A stretch of 64,000 nt of DNA, taken from positions 68,340 through 132,339 of the forward strand of contig CAIVZR010000004.1 of assembly GCA_903910445.1 (NCBI GenBank), in the 5' to 3' direction. The notes under the pieces were generated by a model, which was not told the DNA's origin, searched no databases, and saw only the letters and a program-made list of their open reading frames with translations. Shown one piece after another: positions 20,601-28,337 of this stretch. A program made the position numbers and the translations under genes. This stretch comes from an uncultured Bacteroidota bacterium. Its GTDB lineage: Bacteria > Bacteroidota > Bacteroidia > UKL13-3. Within the stretch, counting starts at the first letter, position 1. Every line of letters starts with the position of its first letter.

Positions 20601-23600
20601 AGTGTAACTGTTGTTGTTATTCCTCAGCCTACTGCTACAATTTCTTCTCCTACTCCAATTTGTGCTACTTCAAGTACCGTATTGACATTATCGAGTGGAA
20701 GTACAGTAAGTGGATTAACTACTTATACTATTACTTCTAGTTATCCAACTGCTGGATCGGTAGTTTATGCAACAAATACTGCTGCTCCAAACTCACCTTT
20801 CACAGTTAATGGAACTTATATCAATCCAAATGGAGTTACAACTTATACATATACTGTAACTTCTAGCCCTTGTGCTTCAACTACTGCTTCTACTTCTGTA
20901 ACAGTTCACCCTGTTCCAACAGTAACTTTAGGAGCTGCTGCTAGCACAATCTGTAATGGATCATCTACAACAATCACTGGTACAGCTACTCCAGTAGTTG
21001 CAGGTGTAACAACATATCAAATCACGGCCTCTATTGGAGGAACATTGTATGCAGCTTCAACTACTGCTCCTACGTTCCCTTTCACTGTAACCCCTAGTGC
21101 AACTACTACTTATACATACACCATTACTAATGGTTCATGTTCTCCAGTAACTGCAACTACAACTGTTACGGTGATTCCAGTACCTACTGCTAGTGTTACT
21201 TCGCCTTCACCAATTTGTGCTTCTTCTAGTACAATCTTAACTTTGGCTTCTACAAACACTACATCAGGAGTTACTACTTACAAAATCACTTCTGATTATC
21301 CTTCAGCAGGATCAGTAGTTTATGCTACCAACACAACAGCACCTAACAGTCCGTTTACAGTTACTTCTACATTTGTTAATCCAAATGGAGTTACTAACTA
21401 TACTTATACTGTTACTTCAGCACCTTGCGGAAGCGTAACTTCTACAGTTGCAGTTACTGTTTACCCAGTGCCTTCAGCAAGTATCACTTTATCGCCTTCA
21501 CCAATCTGTTTAGGAAGCACAACTACATTATCAATTAATATTGGTAACGCAGTAGGAAGTGTAACTTCATACAGAATTGGAACTTCAGCAGGTGGTACTG
21601 ATATCGTAGGTGCAACTACCATCGGAACAAGTGGAACATTTACAACTACAGTAACTGTAACTCCTCCAGTAGGCGTAACAACTTACTTCTTAACAGTAAC
21701 TACTTCACCTTGTAGCTCAGTATCTTCAAATACTTCTGTTACTGTGAATCCTACTACAGTAGGTGGAAGTCTTTCAGCTGGTGCAATTGTTTGCCCTGGA
21801 TCTAGTAACACCACTACATTTACATTATCTGGTCAAACAGGTTCTGTAGTTAAATGGCAACAATCTACCAATGATGGAGCAAGCTGGACTGATATCACAA
21901 ACACGCTAACTACTTATACTGCTACCAATGTTAGTGTTTCAACACTATACAGAGCAGTAGTACAAAGTGGTGTATGTCCTCCACAAAACTCTGCTACTAC
22001 TGGTGTATTTGTTAATACTAATCCAGTTGCTAACTTTAGCAACACAACAGTATGTTTCAATACGCCTCCAACAGTATTCACTAACTCAACAAGTGCAGGA
22101 ACAACACTTAGTGTTTCTCAACAAGCACTTTACAATATTGTAGGTACAGTAACTACAACTACTACTTATTCATGGAACTTCGGTGATCCAACTAGTGGTT
22201 CAAATACTTCTACCTTAACTAACCCTACACATGCTTATACTACAGATGGTACATTCAATGCTACCTTAGTTGCTACTACCAATACATTGGTTGGAGCTAC
22301 AACAGTTTCATCATGCTCTAACACTATCACTAAGCAAGTAACAGTTAATCCAGTAACAACTGCTGATTACACTACCTCACCAGTTTGTTTAGGTGGAGCT
22401 AGCCCAGTTAATATTTCAAACTTTAACTCAGCTAACACTTATTCAATCGTTTGGGGTGATGCAACTGCTGCTCAAGCGACAACTACCTCTACTACTACTC
22501 GTACTTATTCAAACCCTGGACAATATTCAGTTCGCTTAAAAGTGACTAATATCTACGGATGTAGCGATAGTATTACTAAGAACGTAACAGCTTGGGCTTT
22601 ACCAACTACAACAGGTGTTAATATTTCAAATACGGCTCCTTGTGTAGGTTCAACTGTTAACTTCACTCCGGTAGGTGACGCTGGTGGAACAACCTTCGTA
22701 ATTAATCCATTAACAGGTGTTGCTACTGCAACTGTTGCTAATGCTGCTAGCATTACTAACTACCTTTGGGATTTTGGAGATGGTAACACTGCTACAACTA
22801 GAGTTGCTTCAAATACATATGCTACTGCAGGAACGTATACAATCAAGTTAACGATCACTAATAGCAACGGATGTTCTCAAACATTTACATTCACTGCTAC
22901 TCCAGTGGTTGTTCAACCTACTCCAGTTGCAAGCTTTAGCAATACAACTGAATGTTATGGTGTAGCTACTGCCTTTAACAGTAATGGTTCATCTGTTGCT
23001 TCAGGCACTATCACTGGATGGTCTTGGAACTTCGGTGATCCATCATCAGCTGGAAATAACACTTCTACAACTGCTAATCCTACTCACTTGTTTACTGCTC
23101 CTGGAACATACACTGTTTCATTAACAGTTACAACTGCTGCAGGTTGTACAAACACTACTACCAAACAAGTAACGGTTAATCCTTTACCATTGGTTGGATT
23201 CAATCCTAGTGCAACTGTAGCGTGTGCTGGAAGTACAATTACTTTTGTAAGTACTTCAACAATTACTTCAGGTTCATTCACTTATGGATGGAGAGTATCT
23301 GATAATGCAGGTAACTTCAGCTTTGCTAGCTCAATGATCTCAGCAAATGCGTCACTGGTTCAAACATTTGCAACTTCAGGTACTTATAATGTAAGATTAT
23401 ATGCTACTTCAACTAGTGGATGTATCGATTCAGCTACGAAGACTATCACAATCAATGCTAACCCTACCGCTGCTATTGTAGTTAACCCTGGAACAAACCA
23501 AATCTGTATCTACGAAACATTTACTTTCACAAGTACTGGTTCGGTTGCAGGTTCAGGAACAATCAGCAGTTATGCTTGGACATTTGGAGATGGAAGTACC

Positions 23601-25817
23601 AGCACTGCTGCGAACCCAGCTGCTAAATCATATGCTACTCCAGGTAACTACACAGTAACCTTGACGATCACTAACAGTAATGGTTGTACCAATACTACTT
23701 CTAAAGTAGTAACAGTAAATCCTAAACCAGTTGTTAACTTTAACGCTACAACAGTATGTTTCGGATATACCATGAACTTCACTGATGCTTCAACAACTTC
23801 TGCAAGTAGTACTTACTTATGGAACTTCGGTGATGTAGCTTCGGGTGCTTCAAATACAGCTATTACTCAAAACGCTACTCATAACTATACTACTGCTGGT
23901 ACATTCAGCGTAAAATTAGTAGTGACTAATGCTACAGGATGTAAAGATTCATTAACCAAATTGGTTACTGTTTGGCCTCGTCCAGTTGCCGACTTCAAAG
24001 CAGATACAGTTTGCGAAGGAAGAGCAACTACCTTTACTAACTTGTCTACAATTGCAAGTGGTTCTATGAGTTATGTATGGTATTTCGGTGATGCTGCTAA
24101 TAGCACTTCAACTACAATCAACCCTACATTCTTATATACTCCAGGTGTATACTCAGTTAAATTAGTGGTAACTTCAGGATTTGGTTGTATCGATTCAGTT
24201 CGTAAATCAATCTTAGTTAAACCTAATCCAAAACCAACATTCATTGTTGCTAATGCTTGTTTACGTGATGCTATCACTTTAGATACTACAGGTTCTAATG
24301 GTTCAGCTTCAGTAATCATCTCAATCAATTACGGTGATGGATCGGCTTCTACTCCTTCATTAACGCATACTTATGCAATGAGTGGAATTTATACTGTGAC
24401 TCTTACGATGACTGATAATGGTTGTACTTCAACCATCTCTAAAGTGGTTACAATCTATGATCTTCCATTACCAAGCTTTAGCGTATCTGCTTACACAATT
24501 TGTGTAAATGCAGTTGATACCTTCAGCAATACTTCATCAATTGCAAGTGGAACTATCGTATCTAACAAGTGGGAAGTAATCAATGCATCTAACACCGTTG
24601 TTGCATCTACTACTTATACTTCTAACCAAGAGTTTATCTATGCCTTCAATACTGCAGGTATATATCGTGTGAAATTAACTGCTACTAGCAATAAAGGTTG
24701 TGTTGATACCACTAGCAAAACTGTAACTGTTAATGCATTACCTACTGTTGCAATCAACTCAATCAACTTCAAAACTCAAGCGTTCCATGCATGTCTAGGA
24801 ACTCCACATGAGTTTACAAGTACTGGTTCAACTGCAGGAAGCGGATCAATTGCTTCATACTTCTGGGATTTCGGTGATGGTTCATCATCAACTAGCCAAA
24901 ACCCAGTTTATACTTACAAAGCTGTTGGTTCATTCGATGTAACATTAACAATCACCAATAGCAATGGTTGTTCATTCTCTAAAACTCAATCAGTAGTTGT
25001 TGACCCTATTCCTGATGCTACTATCAGACCATTCAACTTCCCAGTTCAAACATGTAATGGAACTCCATTCACATTCACTGGACCGAACGGAACTGGATAT
25101 AGCTATGTATGGACAAGAAGCGGTGCTGTAATCGGTACTTCACAATCAGTAACGGTTAATCCTCCTTCATCTGGATGGTATTACTTAGCGGTTACTTCAA
25201 GCTTCGGTTGTACTAAGGTTGATTCAATCTACTTAACTGTTAATCCACTTCCAGTGATTACATTAAGTGAAAAGAATGTAACAATCAGTAAAGGATGGAA
25301 CAAACAAGTAACTGCAGTAGTTACTGGACCAAATCCAACTTTCACTTACCTATGGACTGCAAAAGATACTAGCTCAAGAGCTACTATCAGCAACAACACC
25401 ATACCTAACCCGATCTTAACTCCACCGAACAATGTATTAAGCTACTACTTCGTAGTGACAGTTACTGATCAAAAAGGTTGTGTACAACGTGATACTGTAT
25501 TCTTCACAATGCTTGAAGATTACAACTTGAAACCTACGAACTTGATTACACCTAACGGTGACAATATGAACGATTACTTCTTCATTGAAAACATCGAAAC
25601 ATATGACGACGTTGAGGTAACAATCTTTAATCGTTGGGGTAACGTAGTATACCAAACTAAAAATTATGCTGCTGCTCCTTGGAATGGTACCTATCAAAAT
25701 ACTGGTGGAGATTTGCCAGACGGTACTTACTACTACATCATACGGACTAGCCATAACATGGCAGATGGTAAAGAGTTAATCTACAAAGGAAACGTAACCA
25801 TCTTAAGAGGAAGATAA
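14640..25817 (+). CDS. Giant (3725 aa) cell-surface repeat protein / putative adhesin with PKD-domain array and T9SS type-B C-terminal sorting domain (SprB-like cargo)
   Basis: It has a signal peptide (…LDSANAQ) and is rich in Thr/Ser/Ala. Internal ~190-aa tandem repeats and about 10 PKD-like modules with WNFGD/FGDG motifs are present. The C-terminus ITPNGDNMNDYFF…NRWGNVVY…WNG…GTYYYII matches the gliding-motility-associated type-B C-terminal domain. Confidence 0.85.
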   Translation: MIRYLSFNRNLFYAFLFSLTMLFAGLDSANAQCPAATYTGSGGPYCVSGSPGFTLQSNASNPNIQKWQYTIDFGSSWVDIPSSNTSTYTPSAFPGGSYQIIYYQAIIVNCLGFGATPHPSSSPAGPITVVPLPVAGSFSFTSGTNATSTTICNGGTATYGLTGSNNLLDIAAGDIVTTSYSIANSNPSVGGTSTFTRTSISTGNLVINPTNVTSSIQTTTYTVTATNGTCTPVDIGSVTVCVYPSISGGVIGVTSATVCTGTSTTLSFTTLPTNIVATAGCTGTTYAVTSNAGSLSGSCGTVTAGIGGTFTTGNAPGTVTLTPTNTTNAVKTIQYTVTATNGPCANATYTINVDVVPNIVNTGISVATPTPTICSGQTATVNITGLACATGYINGLTTIVVSAPTFGGAGSANMSGGVASSITYAANSASFTVSPAISQCQSGTAQYSITAQNSPCSAPVTIGSVTVTVMPAIIAGATVTGTSTICTGASVSATTTGTCANGYGALTSYTLSVASSGANITTQGLPGTLTNATGSFTVNPTNLTCNNSGNTITYNINAINNATCSSVLAGSFTVTVTPNPVVNGQVFSITAPVTIVCNGASTTITPNNVCAGATYNWERQVNGGGYAFFGSFAGPLSTAAMTTAGCAISTYDFRLTINIGTCTAVANLPTITVYPTITASISAATASICSGGVPNFSSSTISCDQAGATYELLENGTPVVTNTTSKASFLTAIGTYASPVNYTCGNVVYNYSIRVTNNAAAAGCSVTSSTTGVTVRPAPSSGSALAISFTSTLSVCTGTPATITTNRCAGATATWEVSVSGGGFQTIASAGITMTDNGDATYTTNGLPTSACLTTTYVFRGTFTLGTCTAIASTSNTVSVFPAPTSTTLTITSTSGTLSSSTNADICTATNSTVLTSTVPACGSIVRWDYSLNGGTSWSAVPSSAANSITVTNVPQNTIYRAVISNGALCATTFSTNTVSITVNVVAGGTPTTSTPAICNGSSATITLGGYLGNIIDWQSAPTSAFGTITSLGSTANPLTVSPTASIWYRAQIGSGVCTTFSAAIQINVYNTPTNTLAAVTSPVCSSSASVLTLSNTNSVAGVTNYSIVSNYPSTGSSVYNSTTAPTSPYTVPTAYVNPNGVTNYTYTVTTSPCASSSASASITVNPVPTVTLTSAAASICNGGSTSITGTSTPVVAGTTTYTITAAPGGTLYASSTTAPTFPFAVTPSATTTYTYSVTNGACAPVTATSTVTVIPVPTATVTASSPICASASTILTLSTGSTTAGVTTYKITSDYPSANSDVYSTSTTAPTSPFTVPSTYVNPNGVTNYTFTVISAPCTTVTSSVAVTVNPVPTVTLAAAASSICNGGTTTITGTSTPVVAGTTTYTITAAPGGTLYASSTTAPTFPFTVTPSATTTYTYSVTNGACAPVSATTTVTVIAVPTATVTSTTPICATTSTVLTLSTTNTTAGLTTYKITSDYPSANSDVYSTSTTAPTSPFTVPAAYVNPNGVTNYTYTVISAPCGSATSTFAVTVQPASVGGTVSASATQCSPASGSLTLSGNTGSVVSWEFSTNGGTSWTTIANTTTTNAYVAITATTMYRAVVQNGVCATANSSAVTITVIPVPTATISTTATICASTSTVLTLGSTNGTSGLTTYKVTSDYPAAGSEVYATNTVAPSSPLTVDATNVNPNGVTTYTYTVTSAPCGAVTATTTQTVNPIPVVTLTNSNATICNGSSTTISGTASPVVAGTTTYTVTAAPGGTIYASSTTAPSFPLTVSPAATTIYTYTVTTGPCSAVSATTTVTVVPVPTASISSPTPICATSSTVLTLGSTNTTSGVTTYQITSDYPSAGSVVYATNTSAPNTPYTVSSTYVNPNGVTNYTYTVTSAPCGAVTATTAVTVHPVPTVTLTGANASICVGSSTTISGTATPVVAGTTTYKIGTTSGGSNIYASSTTAPTFPLTVTPATTTTYFYSVSNGACSPVIASVTVVVIPQPTATISSPTPICATSSTVLTLSSGSTVSGLTTYTITSSYPTAGSVVYATNTAAPNSPFTVNGTYINPNGVTTYTYTVTSSPCASTTASTSVTVHPVPTVTLGAAASTICNGSSTTITGTATPVVAGVTTYQITASIGGTLYAASTTAPTFPFTVTPSATTTYTYTITNGSCSPVTATTTVTVIPVPTASVTSPSPICASSSTILTLASTNTTSGVTTYKITSDYPSAGSVVYATNTTAPNSPFTVTSTFVNPNGVTNYTYTVTSAPCGSVTSTVAVTVYPVPSASITLSPSPICLGSTTTLSINIGNAVGSVTSYRIGTSAGGTDIVGATTIGTSGTFTTTVTVTPPVGVTTYFLTVTTSPCSSVSSNTSVTVNPTTVGGSLSAGAIVCPGSSNTTTFTLSGQTGSVVKWQQSTNDGASWTDITNTLTTYTATNVSVSTLYRAVVQSGVCPPQNSATTGVFVNTNPVANFSNTTVCFNTPPTVFTNSTSAGTTLSVSQQALYNIVGTVTTTTTYSWNFGDPTSGSNTSTLTNPTHAYTTDGTFNATLVATTNTLVGATTVSSCSNTITKQVTVNPVTTADYTTSPVCLGGASPVNISNFNSANTYSIVWGDATAAQATTTSTTTRTYSNPGQYSVRLKVTNIYGCSDSITKNVTAWALPTTTGVNISNTAPCVGSTVNFTPVGDAGGTTFVINPLTGVATATVANAASITNYLWDFGDGNTATTRVASNTYATAGTYTIKLTITNSNGCSQTFTFTATPVVVQPTPVASFSNTTECYGVATAFNSNGSSVASGTITGWSWNFGDPSSAGNNTSTTANPTHLFTAPGTYTVSLTVTTAAGCTNTTTKQVTVNPLPLVGFNPSATVACAGSTITFVSTSTITSGSFTYGWRVSDNAGNFSFASSMISANASLVQTFATSGTYNVRLYATSTSGCIDSATKTITINANPTAAIVVNPGTNQICIYETFTFTSTGSVAGSGTISSYAWTFGDGSTSTAANPAAKSYATPGNYTVTLTITNSNGCTNTTSKVVTVNPKPVVNFNATTVCFGYTMNFTDASTTSASSTYLWNFGDVASGASNTAITQNATHNYTTAGTFSVKLVVTNATGCKDSLTKLVTVWPRPVADFKADTVCEGRATTFTNLSTIASGSMSYVWYFGDAANSTSTTINPTFLYTPGVYSVKLVVTSGFGCIDSVRKSILVKPNPKPTFIVANACLRDAITLDTTGSNGSASVIISINYGDGSASTPSLTHTYAMSGIYTVTLTMTDNGCTSTISKVVTIYDLPLPSFSVSAYTICVNAVDTFSNTSSIASGTIVSNKWEVINASNTVVASTTYTSNQEFIYAFNTAGIYRVKLTATSNKGCVDTTSKTVTVNALPTVAINSINFKTQAFHACLGTPHEFTSTGSTAGSGSIASYFWDFGDGSSSTSQNPVYTYKAVGSFDVTLTITNSNGCSFSKTQSVVVDPIPDATIRPFNFPVQTCNGTPFTFTGPNGTGYSYVWTRSGAVIGTSQSVTVNPPSSGWYYLAVTSSFGCTKVDSIYLTVNPLPVITLSEKNVTISKGWNKQVTAVVTGPNPTFTYLWTAKDTSSRATISNNTIPNPILTPPNNVLSYYFVVTVTDQKGCVQRDTVFFTMLEDYNLKPTNLITPNGDNMNDYFFIENIETYDDVEVTIFNRWGNVVYQTKNYAAAPWNGTYQNTGGDLPDGTYYYIIRTSHNMADGKELIYKGNVTILRGR
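17850..21470 (+). repeat. In-frame tandem array of about six near-identical ~560-bp (~190 aa) repeat units, each made of two Ig-like half-units, interrupted once (about 19245-19500) by a W..STNGGTSW module
   Basis: Runs of identical nucleotides exceeding 50 nt recur, for example aaaatcacttctgattatccttcagctaactctgatgtatattcaacaagtac at about 18510 and about 19060. The protein repeats are NPVPTVTLT…ICNG…TPVVAGTTTY.IT…TAPTFPF and IPVPTATVT…YKITSDYPSA…VNPNGVTNYTYTV. Confidence 0.8.
22020..25010 (+). other. Array of about 10 PKD-like domains within the giant protein
   Basis: W(N/D)FGD and FGDG motifs recur every ~85 aa (nt about 22180, 22775, 23030, 23590, 23830, 24085, 24340, 24870). The DxxGC..S motif is also conserved. 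Confidence 0.7.
25530..25814 (+). other. T9SS type-B C-terminal sorting domain (gliding-motility-associated C-terminal domain) of the giant protein
   Basis: The sequence LKPTNLITPNGDNMNDYFFIENIETYDDVEVTIFNRWGNVVYQ…WNGTYQNTGGDLPDGTYYYIIRT matches this domain. Confidence 0.8.
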
Positions 25818-25915
25818 TAACAAACCCCTAAAAGCTCCGGTGCAAATTGTACCGGAGCCCAAAGGGAAAACATAAAAATCAACATATCAATCAAGTTCGT
25901 AAAAAAGTCATAAAA

Positions 25916-27406
25916 ATGAAAAAGTTAATATTTACACTTGCTGCATTACTAAGTTTAATGAGTGAGGGCTATTCGCAACAAATTCAATTGTCGAGTACCT
26001 ACAACTACAACAAGTTTATAATCAACCCTGCATTGACAGGTATTTATAAACGTCCGCAGCTATTTTTGGTTCATAGAAACCAATGGACAGCAATGCCGGG
26101 AAATCCGGTTACTAATGCCCTTACAATTGAATCAGCTTTAAAACGCGACAAAATTGGATTGGGTGCAATGCTTTATAGCGATGCCTTAGGTATAACAAAT
26201 ACTATCGGTGCTAAATTTGCATATTCTTATAAACTTAAGCTAAATACAGAATCTTTCTTAAGCTTTGGCTTGGGAATGGGTGTTAATCGCCTAGGTATTA
26301 ATTTCAATGATGTTGTAGTAAAAGACCCAATGGATCTTTCTATATATAATTTCAATGCAATTAACAAAGTAACTTTTGATGCGGTTGGAGGTGCTAACTT
26401 CTCATGGCGTAAGCTAAATGTAGGATTTGCTATTCCTAATCTAATCAATACCAAAGCGAAATTCCACAAGAATGACTCTTTAATCTCTTCTAGTTCTTAT
26501 TATTCTTATGCTCGTAACTTGGCAGCTAATTTAAGCTACGAATTTGCGCTAACTAAAGATGGTAAAAACTCTTTATCTCCGTCATTATTATTCAAACGCG
26601 ATTTATTAGGTGGAAAACGACCAATGCAATTTGATGTAAACGTAATGTACGATTACATGAAGAAATATTGGATTGGTGCTGCTTACCGTACTGATTATGG
26701 TGTTATTGCTCAAGCAGGTTTGAAATTGTTCGATCAATTCACAGCTGGTTATGCATATGACTTCCATACCAACAGCGCTTGGAATGGATCTAGTTTGGTT
26801 GGTCAAACTCACGAAATCATCTTAGGATACGAATTCGGAAAAGACAAAGCCTTAATGGAAAAGAAAATTGCGAAATTGGATACTGCAGTTCAAGAAAATG
26901 CTAAGAAAACCGAAGAGTTGGATAGTACTGTGAAAGATACCAAGAAGAAGATGGAGAAAATGAACAACGAATTACGTAAGCGTGATGATGAGAATTTCCA
27001 AAACTTGAAGAAAGATTTGGATAAAACTAACGCTGATGTTGAAGAGTTGAAAAAGAAAATGGGAAGTACATTCACATTAACTCAAATCTACTTCAAAACA
27101 GACAGAAGTGAGTTACTCCCAGGATCTATTGCAGAACTTGATGAATTGGTTGAAGTAATGAATAAATACCCTAACATGAACATTAAGATCATGGGACATA
27201 CTGATAGCCGCAACTCAGAGACTTACAACCAAAAATTATCTGAAAAACGTGCTAAAGCTGTTTACGATTACTTAATCAGCAAAGGTATTAGCAAAGATCG
27301 TTTGGAGTATGAAGGATATGGTGTAAAATACCCTATTGCTGACAACGGTACTGAGACAGGAATGCAACTTAACCGTCGTGTTCAATTTAAAATTACCAAG
27401 TTTTAA
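25916..27406 (+). CDS. PorP/SprF-family T9SS outer-membrane protein fused to a coiled-coil linker and a C-terminal OmpA-like peptidoglycan-binding domain
   Basis: I placed the start at the internal ATG at 25916 (signal peptide MKKLIFTLAALLSL). The N-terminal ~300 aa has the PorP/SprF signature (QQIQLSSTYNYNKFIINPALTG…). The central region KKIAKLDTAVQENAKKTEELD… is coiled-coil-like. The C-terminus has OmpA motifs (TDSRNSETYNQKLSEKRAKAV…NRRVQFKI). Confidence 0.8.
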   Translation: MKKLIFTLAALLSLMSEGYSQQIQLSSTYNYNKFIINPALTGIYKRPQLFLVHRNQWTAMPGNPVTNALTIESALKRDKIGLGAMLYSDALGITNTIGAKFAYSYKLKLNTESFLSFGLGMGVNRLGINFNDVVVKDPMDLSIYNFNAINKVTFDAVGGANFSWRKLNVGFAIPNLINTKAKFHKNDSLISSSSYYSYARNLAANLSYEFALTKDGKNSLSPSLLFKRDLLGGKRPMQFDVNVMYDYMKKYWIGAAYRTDYGVIAQAGLKLFDQFTAGYAYDFHTNSAWNGSSLVGQTHEIILGYEFGKDKALMEKKIAKLDTAVQENAKKTEELDSTVKDTKKKMEKMNNELRKRDDENFQNLKKDLDKTNADVEELKKKMGSTFTLTQIYFKTDRSELLPGSIAELDELVEVMNKYPNMNIKIMGHTDSRNSETYNQKLSEKRAKAVYDYLISKGISKDRLEYEGYGVKYPIADNGTETGMQLNRRVQFKITKF

Positions 27407-27426
27407 GTTTTAATAAATATAATTTT

Positions 27427-27462
27427 AAAAGGCCGTTCCCATTTTGGGAGCGGCCTTTTTTA
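27427..27462 (+). terminator. Rho-independent terminator after the PorP/SprF-OmpA gene
   Basis: A GC-rich hairpin GGCCGTTCCCA-TTT-TGGGAGCGGCC is followed by TTTTTT. Confidence 0.7.
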
Positions 27463-27476
27463 TTTAACTTCGCAAC

Positions 27477-28334
27477 ATGGATCGCAAACTAATTATTTCT
27501 GATTTGAAAAATAACCTTCAAAAGGTTAGCCAAGTAATTGCATTAATTGAAAATTACGACAATTCAAATACTTCAGTTGAATTGGATTTAATGCAAAAAA
27601 ACATTACTATCCTGTTTGAGAATTATGTGAAACTGAAGATAAGTTATGAGCAGAATGCTGCAATGACAGCTCCTGTTGTTATTCAGGAAACTCTAGCGGC
27701 TATTTCTAAACAAGTAGAAGAACCTGCACCAACACCTCCAGTGATTAAATCAGCACCAGTTGTTGAGCCTAAAACTGAACCGATAGAAGAAGCGCCCAAA
27801 ACTGGATTCGGATTTAGCTTTAATTTGGGTGATGATGAAGGGAAAATCAATAGAAGTATTGAAAGCAAACCTGAAGAAAAGGCTAATCCACAAAGTGAGT
27901 TTAATCTTGAAAAAGCAATAAATGAAGCATTAAATATAGCTCTTAATCAACGGCCAGTGGCTCCTGCTGAAAAACCTGAAACGAATAATGAGAATATTGA
28001 CATGTCGAATAATTCAGCTGATAAGGATTTAACACTGAATGAACGCTTTTCTACCCTTAAAAAGGATGTGAATTTGGCTGACCTTCATTTGAATAATCCG
28101 ATTACGGATTTGTCAAAAGAAATTTCGTTGAACAAGAAGTTTGCTTTTGTAAATGAATTGTTTGAAGGGAATATGGATCATTACAATGCGGCAATTCAAC
28201 AACTAAATAATATTGGAAGTTTGGAATACGCTAAGAAATATATTAATGAGTTAAAGGCAACTCGCCGATGGGATCGTGAAAGCGCTACTGTAATTAACTT
28301 TATTGAATTAGTTGAGCGTCGTTGGGAACGATAA
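27477..28334 (+). CDS. Hypothetical protein with a central low-complexity Pro/Glu/Lys linker (285 aa)
   Basis: It ends 3 nt before the bshB1-like gene, suggesting an operon. I cannot assign a family from the sequence. Confidence 0.55.
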   Translation: MDRKLIISDLKNNLQKVSQVIALIENYDNSNTSVELDLMQKNITILFENYVKLKISYEQNAAMTAPVVIQETLAAISKQVEEPAPTPPVIKSAPVVEPKTEPIEEAPKTGFGFSFNLGDDEGKINRSIESKPEEKANPQSEFNLEKAINEALNIALNQRPVAPAEKPETNNENIDMSNNSADKDLTLNERFSTLKKDVNLADLHLNNPITDLSKEISLNKKFAFVNELFEGNMDHYNAAIQQLNNIGSLEYAKKYINELKATRRWDRESATVINFIELVERRWER

Positions 28335-28337
28335 ATT

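Noticed and set aside
17850-21470. The possibility that the regular ~560-bp repeats are a CRISPR array or a non-coding satellite
   Set aside because: The repeats are far longer than CRISPR repeats, have no unique spacers, and maintain one continuous open reading frame with protein-level domain structure.
14722-25754. Numerous 60-105-aa ORFs on both strands inside the giant gene (for example 16889-17140 -, 18242-18490 -, 18712-18909 +, 19107-19289 -, 19346-19561 +, 22553-22753 -, 24071-24328 -, 25437-25754 -)
   Set aside because: They lie entirely within the strongly supported 11.2-kb reading frame. Their Ala/Thr/Val- or Cys/Tyr-rich translations are the expected antisense or alternate-frame products of the repetitive ACT/GCT-rich coding sequence. 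No independent start or regulatory signals are present.
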